DNA of 30,888 nt from a virus (lineage: Duplodnaviria; Heunggongvirae; Uroviricota; Caudoviricetes): positions 1-30,888 of the IMG/VR virus record IMGVR_UViG_3300038548_000082; one strand, 5' to 3'. Shown piece after piece: positions 6,991-14,487 of this stretch; the first letter of the stretch is position 1, and each line of letters opens with the position of its first letter. The notes below the pieces were generated by a model, which saw nothing but the letters and a program-made list of their open reading frames with translations, did no database searches and had not been told where the DNA came from. A program made the position numbers and the translations under genes.

Positions 6991-8904
6991 ATGGCTAGAA
7001 AGAAGTTTAAAGAAAAAGAAAGAGGTATTTTCCAAGGACACTGTGCTTGTGTTTTAAAGGAGTGTTTATCCACAGATGCGGGATCATTTTATCTCCATCA
7101 GGATGGAAGTTATTCGTACTACTGCCATTCATGTCACGGGTCTGCGGTTGATTTCGACCCTGAAACAGCAGAAATTATAGATTTTTCAAAGAGACGTGAA
7201 ATCAATTGGGAAGAAGAACAGGAGAAGCTAGAATATGTCAGAGACGACCTCATCCCGGTGGACAACCCCGATAGACGACTCAGGGCTGATGTCTATGAAT
7301 ACTATGGTTGCAGGATGGAAACGGCTAGCGATGGAACTAAAATCGAAGCTATATACTATCCCTCATATCGAGGAGGCGATCACAAGGGCTATCGCAATAG
7401 AAAGAGATTCCAAGGTTGGCATAAGCAAGTAAAGAAGAAGCCAGAACTGTTAGGTGTGCTTAAAGACTTCACAGGAGGTATTGGTGATACCCAAAAAGGT
7501 ATTGACATGTTTGGACAGTGGCTCTTTCCAGCAGGAGGTAAGAGAATCATCATCAACTGTGGTGAAGAGGATGCCTTGACTGTTTGGAAGCTCACAGAGA
7601 TGAAGACAAAGTTTGAAGGTGGTTATCCATCTATCTCTTGTCCATCTGGTGAAAACATAGCATGGGTTAAACCCCATATTAAATATCTTGGTAGTTTCAG
7701 TGAGATTTATATCATTGCAGATCAAGATAAAGCTGGTGCTAAATTCGAAGAAGATCTTTGTAAGATCCTTCCAGTAGGTAAAGTACGAGTCGTGAAGCTT
7801 CCTAGGGGTTATAAAGATCCTTCTAAGATGGTTCAGACCATAGGAATGAAGAAAGCTGCTGATATTCTCTGGAAAGCTATCTGGGACGCTGAGAAGTACT
7901 CTCCTGCGGGGATTATGAGTTTATCTGAAGGATGGGGTCAGTATCGACAACGTGGTCAGGACACGCTTATACGCTTCCCTGAGAGCTTTGGGGATTTAAA
8001 CCATAAAACACATGGTGGCTATGCGTTAGGAGAGATTGTAAATATCATTGCTCCCTCTTCTGTTGGTAAGTCATCCTTTGTTAAGGAAATGATCTACTCA
8101 GCACTAGAGTCTACTAATTATAAGATCGGGGTAATCTCATTAGAAGAGACTATCGATGAGTTTATTGAAGGTATCTTGTCAGTGCATATGAGTACTCAGC
8201 TTAACGAGATCTCTTATGATATGCGTGATTGGGATACTGAAGAAAAAGCTTTCAAAGACTTAGTAAGCCTTAAACCAACAGGGATCAAAGAAGAAGATTT
8301 AGAGCTTGACGAAGATGATAGTGAGCGTGTACAATTCTTAGACCATCAAGGTTCTGTTACTGGGGATGAACTCCTTGAGAAGATAGACTTCTTGGTTAAA
8401 GGTTTGGACTGTAAGATTATTATCGTTGATCCTGTAACGTTAGCGTTCTGTGGTCACGATACTGATGAAGATGATATGGCTTCTGAGATTGTCAAGAGAG
8501 TTAAACGGCATAAACTGGGTTGGATCAATGTACACCATGTTCGTAAGAATGGTAATGGTGGTACAGCTAACTCTGAAGGTGCTGACTTGGCAGAAGAAGA
8601 CATTAAAGGTACAGGTGCTTGGTTCCAAACTGGAATGATCAATCTAATCTTTACTCGTAACAAGGTTCATGACAATACTATCGTGCGTAACACCACTAAG
8701 ATTAAGATGTCTAAGTGTCGTAGGCATGGTAAGAACACTGGTACAGCTGGTTACATCTATTACAATGGTGATAACGGTAGGTTGGAACAGGGTATTAGTC
8801 CTGAGGAAGTCTTGAGTGCGCTGGATGAGGATGGGGAATCTGATAAAGATGTTCCTCTAAATTCTTTCGGAGCTGATGAGAAAGGTAAAGTAGAAACTTG
8901 GTAA
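6991..8904 (+). CDS. DNA primase-helicase (T7 gp4-like)
   Basis: Cys zinc-binding N-terminus, TOPRIM GEEDA and DQDKAG, Walker A APSSVGKS, Walker B IIIVDP, HHVRK, KCRR arginine finger. Confidence 0.92.
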   Translation: MARKKFKEKERGIFQGHCACVLKECLSTDAGSFYLHQDGSYSYYCHSCHGSAVDFDPETAEIIDFSKRREINWEEEQEKLEYVRDDLIPVDNPDRRLRADVYEYYGCRMETASDGTKIEAIYYPSYRGGDHKGYRNRKRFQGWHKQVKKKPELLGVLKDFTGGIGDTQKGIDMFGQWLFPAGGKRIIINCGEEDALTVWKLTEMKTKFEGGYPSISCPSGENIAWVKPHIKYLGSFSEIYIIADQDKAGAKFEEDLCKILPVGKVRVVKLPRGYKDPSKMVQTIGMKKAADILWKAIWDAEKYSPAGIMSLSEGWGQYRQRGQDTLIRFPESFGDLNHKTHGGYALGEIVNIIAPSSVGKSSFVKEMIYSALESTNYKIGVISLEETIDEFIEGILSVHMSTQLNEISYDMRDWDTEEKAFKDLVSLKPTGIKEEDLELDEDDSERVQFLDHQGSVTGDELLEKIDFLVKGLDCKIIIVDPVTLAFCGHDTDEDDMASEIVKRVKRHKLGWINVHHVRKNGNGGTANSEGADLAEEDIKGTGAWFQTGMINLIFTRNKVHDNTIVRNTTKIKMSKCRRHGKNTGTAGYIYYNGDNGRLEQGISPEEVLSALDEDGESDKDVPLNSFGADEKGKVETW

Positions 8905-8910
8905 AAGTAG

Positions 8911-8939
8911 TTGACAGGGGTGTGGAGTTAGGGTAATCT
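8911..8939 (+). promoter_or_regulatory. Sigma70-type promoter
   Basis: TTGACA-17 nt-TAATCT. Confidence 0.7.
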
Positions 8940-8974
8940 AGCTTCACTAACTTGAAACAACACAGGGGATGAGC

Positions 8975-9214
8975 ATGGGTAGAGCACTAAAACACGAATA
9001 TCAAGGTGGTGAGTACTCTTCAAAAGAGTTAGCTAACATTGCAGGTGTTAGCACAAGACTGTTTACCCATCGAGTGAGTACGTGTGGTTGGTCTGTTGAA
9101 GATGCTATCGCAGGTACAAAGACGGAGATCACAGTGGCTAAATCAAAACGTGCAGCAAGGGGTCGTAAACTAACATGTTTTGCTACAACCTTTGGAGTGT
9201 GTAACGCGAAATAA
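8975..9214 (+). CDS. Small putative helix-turn-helix DNA-binding protein
   Basis: SKELANIAGVSTRLFTHRVSTCGWSVEDAI resembles HTH modules found at homing-endonuclease termini; AGGGG RBS. Confidence 0.55.
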   Translation: MGRALKHEYQGGEYSSKELANIAGVSTRLFTHRVSTCGWSVEDAIAGTKTEITVAKSKRAARGRKLTCFATTFGVCNAK

Positions 9215-9217
9215 CTG

Positions 9218-9246
9218 TTGACAGGGTATCCGAAATTAAGTAAGAT
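9218..9246 (+). promoter_or_regulatory. Sigma70-type promoter
   Basis: TTGACA-17 nt-TAAGAT, AACTTAAAC at 9253. Confidence 0.75.
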
Positions 9247-9278
9247 ACTCTCAACTTAAACGGAAAGGGGTTATTATT

Positions 9279-9467
9279 ATGGTTACAGTTGCTTTTGTTG
9301 TAAGTCTTACTTGTTTATTGTGGAGTGTTGCTTCGTTCTTCGCATCACGGAAGATCCCCTTACCAATTTTTCATATGGTAAGTTGTAATGCTACTAACAT
9401 TTATGTTATGTATGGGTCTCTTGGTTATCAAGTTTACTTTTGGGGTAAGTATTTTAATCTTATTTAA
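9279..9467 (+). CDS. Small hydrophobic hypothetical protein
   Basis: 62 aa, two hydrophobic segments, RBS and dedicated promoter. Confidence 0.6.
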   Translation: MVTVAFVVSLTCLLWSVASFFASRKIPLPIFHMVSCNATNIYVMYGSLGYQVYFWGKYFNLI

Positions 9468-9476
9468 AGAAAGTTG

Positions 9477-9505
9477 TTGACAGTTAGTAGGAACCTCTAT
9501 ATACT
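9477..9505 (+). promoter_or_regulatory. Sigma70-type promoter driving the long non-coding region
   Basis: TTGACA-17 nt-TATACT, near consensus; no + strand ORF follows. Confidence 0.8.
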
Positions 9506-9511
9506 GTCATT

Positions 9512-10169
9512 TCGAGTTGAGAGGAAGCACTAACGCTTCTGGCTCAAAAGTCAAGTTTAACAAACCTCTGGCGATGAAAAGGCAGGGAGAGGTAAGGCAA
9601 CCACACCCTCTTCTTGTAGACGAGGCTCCCCGATGCTTTCGAGGCATATAAAGGGCGTCTGAGGGTGATGAAGTACCTCTTAAATAACCATCAGGAGTGA
9701 GAGTCTCAAGACAAGCCAAGCGCACCCTTGAGGTAACCGTTCAAAGCGGCTAGAAGCTGTGGGGTAACCACCCCCATAAGCTATCTAGGGTAGATTGGAG
9801 GCATTCAATCAGACCTACGGTTCAGAGCCGACACTTAACATAGAAGGGCGCTATTCAATCAAATGTCCACAACACAGATTGATTGTTACGTTAGTGGTTA
9901 AACTCCCCGCCGAAACGGGGAACGTTGGTTCGACTCCAACACATACTTGAGGGGAGCTTAGCGGCAAACCTCAGACAATCTGAAAGTCCAAGGGAAGTAC
10001 ACCCCTTGGCAATTGAGTTCCCCTACACTCACTTAGCAAGTAGGGGTCTGCTGTAAGAGGACTCCTTACAAGTGACTTGGGAGGAACGTTAAGAATCCTA
10101 TGAAAGAGTCACATTATACCCTTGTTAAGACCGTGATAATTAAGCGGAGCACTGGCAAGGGCCTTTTTT
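9512..10169 (+). ncRNA. Candidate large structured ncRNA (~660 nt) with an internal tRNA-like module
   Basis: Promoter upstream, hairpin plus T6 at 10119-10169, no + strand ORF in the track, more than 12 hand-identified stems, D/anticodon/T-arm-like element at 9889-9940. Confidence 0.7.
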
Positions 10170-10220
10170 CAAAGTATTTTAACAAAGCTGAAAGGGAAAT
10201 ACCTTAGAAAAAGGAAGTTA

Positions 10221-10229
10221 TGATATACT
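10221..10229 (+). promoter_or_regulatory. Extended -10 promoter-like element upstream of the HNH gene
   Basis: TGATATACT (TGn-TATACT); no good -35. Confidence 0.5.
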
Positions 10230-10261
10230 ACGGGCTTTACTGATTAAAAGAGAGTTACATA

Positions 10262-10948
10262 ATGAGAAAGTGTTTAAGATGTGAGGCCCAGATTCCAGAC
10301 AGCGCACATGGTTTGCGTAAGTTCTGTGGGAAAGTTTGCCAAATTGCAGACGGGACAAGAACCCAACGTAGTAAGTTAACGAATGAAAGCGAGAAGGGTT
10401 GTAATTACTGTAAAGCAATTATCCCACCCCACGCACATGGGCAACGTCAGTTCTGTGATGATAACTGTAAGGATAAGTTCAATAAAGAGAAAATCTACAA
10501 AGGACGGGAAGCAAGAACCTGCAAGCAGTGCGAGAAACCTATCCCTGTAGAAGCACACCACAACGTAAAACATTGTAGCAAGACTTGTAGGTTGCAATTC
10601 TTTTACCATAAAAAGAGAGACAACAGACCAGAAAAGATAATGCTTGATGCTGCCAGAAGTAGGGCTAAAAAAGGGGGTTACCCCTGTACAATTAATGAGG
10701 AGGACATAATCATACCCTCCCATTGTTGCGTACTAGGGCTTAAACTTGAGAGCCAAAGAGATGTACAATGTAGGGCGGCACATAACAGTCCTTCCTTGGA
10801 TAAAATCGTACCCAGTGAAGGGTATGTTAAGGGTAACATAAGGGTGATATCACAAAGAGCTAACGCACTTAAAAGCGATGCTACTTTTGAAGAAATGGAG
10901 GCATTATATAATGATTTTAGACAGCTCAGAGAGGACTCTTGTATTTGA
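10262..10948 (+). CDS. Free-standing His-Me finger (HNH-like) endonuclease with three tandem zinc-finger repeats
   Basis: Three copies of CxxC-x3-IP-xx-AH-x4-C-x3-C; C-terminal SPSLDKIVPSEGYVKGNIRVISQRANALK. Confidence 0.8.
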   Translation: MRKCLRCEAQIPDSAHGLRKFCGKVCQIADGTRTQRSKLTNESEKGCNYCKAIIPPHAHGQRQFCDDNCKDKFNKEKIYKGREARTCKQCEKPIPVEAHHNVKHCSKTCRLQFFYHKKRDNRPEKIMLDAARSRAKKGGYPCTINEEDIIIPSHCCVLGLKLESQRDVQCRAAHNSPSLDKIVPSEGYVKGNIRVISQRANALKSDATFEEMEALYNDFRQLREDSCI

Positions 10949-13301
10949 TTGTGAAGCGAACGGGTTGCTCCACAACGTAACAAGGATGTGGTGTGTAGTT
11001 TGTGAGGACTACGACACAGGGGAATTGTTTTTATTTCACGATTTTCCTCAGTATGATAACTACACTGGGTTAGATGATGAAGGAAAGGAGTTTACTTTAC
11101 CCGTGAGAAACGGCACTCTTAAAGACGGGGTATTGTTCCTTCATCGAGCACAAAGTTTAGTGGCACATAACTGCATTGGCTATGACCTTTTCTTACTTAA
11201 AATGTTCTACCCCAAGTTTAGAATCAGATATAGCTATCCTGAAATCAGAGACACATTACTTGAAAGTCAAGTGCTTTGGTATGATAGGAAACCTGTTAAA
11301 GGTTACAAAGGTATTCACGGCTTAGCAGTATGGGGAGCAAGGTTAGGTATTCGCAAGCCAGAGATTGAAGATTGGTCTTTTATGGATGCACAGAAGCTTC
11401 ACCGTTGTTTGGAAGATGTCAAGATTAACACTGCGGTTGCAAAACAACTTGACACCGAGAAACAATGGCTGTATGATAACTGCAACGGTATTGAATTTGA
11501 TGAAGCTCTGGAGACAGAGAATGAGTATCGATACTGGTCAACCATACAAGAACTTAACGGAGCCTTAGTAGATGCACCCCACATGAGAGAGTGTTGTGTG
11601 GAGCTTGATGTGCTTCTCGAAGCGTTGAGAGTTGAAATCGAGCCTATGCTTCCACCATCGATTAATGTGAAGTCTGTTAGAGCGTCTTCTCATGAGGTTG
11701 CTACCTTAGTTGGCTCTAGGGTTATACCTAAAGAGAGAGCAGTGTGGAAGACAAAGAAAGGGGAAAGCTACCAAAGCATTGTTAAAACAATGTACAAACC
11801 AACCATGAGAGTCTTTAAAGTTTCTAAACAGAAAATGTATGCAGTTGTCATTGATGGAGAGGAGGTTAAAGGGCATGAGTTCCCGAAAGTTAAAGAAGCG
11901 CGTGAGTGGACAAAGGAGAACTATCCTGCGGTTAAAGGGATTAAGTACCCTTGGGTTGAAGTCGAATCAACAGAGTATGACAGACACACAAAAAACCACT
12001 TCGGAGACGAGCTTGACGGAAATACAGAAGTTGTAGGACCGTACACGAAGATTGAATTTGAAAAGTCCCGTATGTCTCAACACGAGAAAGTTAAACTACT
12101 CTTAGTTACGCTCGGTTGGCAGACAGACGAATGGACTTTCAGAAAGGATTCAGAAGGTCAGTTCATACGAGCTGAAGAAAGTGGTATCGTTTATTGGCCT
12201 GAGAAGCCCATACAAGGTAAACAGTTGAGTGAGAAGTATAAAAAGGGGGATAGGCTACCAGCCACTCCAAAAGTTACTAAAGATTCTTTTCACTGGTTAC
12301 CTGAAGGGTTTGGACAGAAAATAAAAGAGTACAATACGTACTCACATCGGCGTAAATTCATCGAGAACCCTGCCAAGGATGACAAAGGGTTGCTCAATAA
12401 TATACGCGATGATGGTCGTGTAAGCTGTGGCTTAATGACCTTTGGCACCACTGCTGGTCGTGCTGCCCAATATGGTTGGGTAAACGCTCCGAGTGTGCAA
12501 GCCTTGTATGGTGAGAACATCAGGAAGATTATTATAGCTCCTGAAGGTTCGAAGCTGATTGGTATTGATATGCCTAGTGCTCACCCACGGTTGCTAGCAG
12601 ACTTTACGCAGAATGAAATGTTCATAGCAGCAGTTGATGGAAAGGAGGAGGATGAGGATGGAAACTATGTCGGAGAAGATTTCCACACAGTCAACAGTGT
12701 GTTGTTCCGACTTAACACTAATGAAGATGTTGTCTATTGTAGAGAGTCACAGGCTCACGATGACAGAAGATCAGGTGTTGATGCAGGGCGTAAGAAAGGT
12801 AAGGGAGGCTCTTATTGCACACTCTATGGAGGTTCCGATAAGAAGCTTGCACTCACCTTGGGAATCGCTGAGAAGCTTGGGGCTGAGCTTAAAAAGTCCT
12901 TCCTCAGCGGCCTTGGCCTTGACTTGTTGTTAGAAGAGGTAAGTAGCACTTGGAAGAAACAGAAGCGTGATAAAGGTTCTTATATCTCGGTTCTTGGTGG
13001 CTACCACGCTTGGAGTAATTCTAAGCATAAAATTATTAACTTTAAAGCTTTGGGTTCTGAAGCAGTAGTACAGAAAAGAGCAGTCATCTTGTTATGCAGG
13101 AAGTTTAGAGATATGAATCTCAAATCAAAATTAATCCTGAACATTCATGATGAAGTTCTTTTGGAAGTACCTGATGAAGAAGTCGAAATTGTAAAACCTA
13201 TTGCTGCTCGTATGTATGTCGAAGCAGCACTTGAACTTGGCTTGACGCTTGATTGGATCTCTACCGCTAAGGTTGGAATCGATTATGCTAAGTGCCACTA
13301 G
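10911..13301 (+). CDS. DNA polymerase, family A (T7-like) with 3'-5' exonuclease
   Basis: ExoI FDCEANGL, ExoII HNCIGYDL, motif A GIDMPSAHPR, motif B RKKGKGGSYCTLYG, motif C IHDE; start at ATG 10911 (GGAGG RBS). Confidence 0.93.
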   Translation: MILDSSERTLVFDCEANGLLHNVTRMWCVVCEDYDTGELFLFHDFPQYDNYTGLDDEGKEFTLPVRNGTLKDGVLFLHRAQSLVAHNCIGYDLFLLKMFYPKFRIRYSYPEIRDTLLESQVLWYDRKPVKGYKGIHGLAVWGARLGIRKPEIEDWSFMDAQKLHRCLEDVKINTAVAKQLDTEKQWLYDNCNGIEFDEALETENEYRYWSTIQELNGALVDAPHMRECCVELDVLLEALRVEIEPMLPPSINVKSVRASSHEVATLVGSRVIPKERAVWKTKKGESYQSIVKTMYKPTMRVFKVSKQKMYAVVIDGEEVKGHEFPKVKEAREWTKENYPAVKGIKYPWVEVESTEYDRHTKNHFGDELDGNTEVVGPYTKIEFEKSRMSQHEKVKLLLVTLGWQTDEWTFRKDSEGQFIRAEESGIVYWPEKPIQGKQLSEKYKKGDRLPATPKVTKDSFHWLPEGFGQKIKEYNTYSHRRKFIENPAKDDKGLLNNIRDDGRVSCGLMTFGTTAGRAAQYGWVNAPSVQALYGENIRKIIIAPEGSKLIGIDMPSAHPRLLADFTQNEMFIAAVDGKEEDEDGNYVGEDFHTVNSVLFRLNTNEDVVYCRESQAHDDRRSGVDAGRKKGKGGSYCTLYGGSDKKLALTLGIAEKLGAELKKSFLSGLGLDLLLEEVSSTWKKQKRDKGSYISVLGGYHAWSNSKHKIINFKALGSEAVVQKRAVILLCRKFRDMNLKSKLILNIHDEVLLEVPDEEVEIVKPIAARMYVEAALELGLTLDWISTAKVGIDYAKCH

Positions 13302-13331
13302 AATTTATTAACCACAAGAGGAAAAGAAACT

Positions 13332-14006
13332 ATGTCAGTAATTAATAACGTTGTATTCAACTACGTGAAGATCAAGAAAGCAGCACCAAAGTTCGGTAAG
13401 AAGCCCGGTTGTCCTATCAACGACTGTGAGTATTCAGTTGATGTGTGCATCCCAGCAGCTACTGTGAAGGCGCTGAAGAAGAAGTACAAAACCATCAAAG
13501 GTGTCAAGAACATGGCTACCTACGATGCAGAAGACTACAAGAAAACCTTTAAGGTTGAAGCTCCAGATGCAGATATCTACGCTAACGCTGATGATGAGTA
13601 CTCTGTAATGAAGCTAACAGCTTTCGCAGGTTACGCTGATGGCGGTGAAGTACCTGAGGAAAAGATCCCTCGTGTTGTTGGTACTAAGTCTCCAACCACT
13701 TCCAGTGATGGTAAGAAAATTGGTCGTGATATCGAAGTTGGCAACGGTTCAACTGGTCGTGTCTCTTTCGTAGAGCGTACTTGGGAGTTTGAGAAGGTTC
13801 CCGGTTTGTCTCTGGATCTTACAGGTATCCAAGTGGCAACACTGGTAGAGTATGTTGCTAAGAGTTCTGGTAACGAAAATGAGTTCGACTTCGAGGAAGA
13901 GGATGAAGACGAATTCGGCTATGATACTCCAGACGATACAGCTGACAGTACTGACATGGCTTCTACTGGTGATGGCAACACCCCTTCTGATGATGAACAG
14001 TGGTAA
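13332..14006 (+). CDS. Probable single-stranded DNA-binding protein (T7 gp2.5-like)
   Basis: Follows the polymerase; VGNGSTG motif, LxGIQVxxLVEY, acidic C-terminal tail ending in an aromatic residue (W). Confidence 0.7.
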   Translation: MSVINNVVFNYVKIKKAAPKFGKKPGCPINDCEYSVDVCIPAATVKALKKKYKTIKGVKNMATYDAEDYKKTFKVEAPDADIYANADDEYSVMKLTAFAGYADGGEVPEEKIPRVVGTKSPTTSSDGKKIGRDIEVGNGSTGRVSFVERTWEFEKVPGLSLDLTGIQVATLVEYVAKSSGNENEFDFEEEDEDEFGYDTPDDTADSTDMASTGDGNTPSDDEQW

Positions 14007-14020
14007 GTAGTAAGTAGTTA

Positions 14021-14052
14021 CTCCCCTCTTGCGAAAGCTTGAGGGGTTTTTT
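14021..14052 (+). terminator. Rho-independent terminator after ssb
   Basis: CCCCTC...GCGAAAGC...GAGGGG stem followed by T6. Confidence 0.75.
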
Positions 14053-14073
14053 CACATTAAAGAGGGGAGTTGA

Positions 14074-14487
14074 ATGGTTACGTGGAAGCCAGTAAAATTC
14101 AATGATACAGACCTGACTGGATTTTATGAAGTGTCTGATCTCGGAGAGGTTAGAAGCGTAGATAGGATTACTATTAGAACCAATAGATGGAATACTCCAT
14201 ATAAACAAAGATGGAAAGGTAAGGTCTTAAAACCTAGAGTAACCCATGATGGTTACCTAAGGCTCAAACTTTGTAAGCTAGGTGAAGAGATTCATATGAC
14301 GGTACATAGGATGGTTGCTTTCGCTTTCCTAGGAGTACCTGCTAGGAATCTTCAGGTTAACCATAAAGATGGATGTAAAACTAATAACCAAGTAAGTAAC
14401 CTTGAGTGGGTAACTGCTTCTGAGAATGTCAGTCACGCTTTCAAAGAACTTGGTAGAGTACCTCATAACAAAAGGAGAAATCAATGA
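14074..14487 (+). CDS. NUMOD4-HNH homing endonuclease
   Basis: WKPV..GFYEVSDLGEVRS NUMOD4; VHRMVAFAF..QVNHKDGCKTNNQVSNLEWVTASENVSH HNH. Confidence 0.92.
   Translation: MVTWKPVKFNDTDLTGFYEVSDLGEVRSVDRITIRTNRWNTPYKQRWKGKVLKPRVTHDGYLRLKLCKLGEEIHMTVHRMVAFAFLGVPARNLQVNHKDGCKTNNQVSNLEWVTASENVSHAFKELGRVPHNKRRNQ

Noticed and set aside
9507-9725. 72-aa minus-strand ORF as the explanation for the non-coding region
   Set aside because: Opposite to the promoter and to all other genes, no convincing RBS, no recognisable motif, covers only a third of the region
9880-9950. Functional tRNA-Phe gene
   Set aside because: Anticodon loop is 6 nt, the acceptor stem has only about 3 pairs and there is no CCA; kept only as a tRNA-like module
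2056-10160. GCACTGGCA 9-mer shared by the intron 3' end (~2057), the 270-nt RNA (~4160) and the large RNA 3' end (~10149)
   Set aside because: Short, in different structural contexts, and found post hoc; chance cannot be excluded without a statistical test
9512-10169. CRISPR or TIGR-type repeat array
   Set aside because: No regularly spaced direct repeats seen; the structure is a series of different hairpins, and no Cas, Tas or reverse transcriptase gene is in the window
10878-10910. Upstream starts given in the ORF track (pol 10878, 6320, 15655, 23461, 28470, 30490)
   Set aside because: Better RBS-spaced starts lie downstream; the extensions overlap upstream genes
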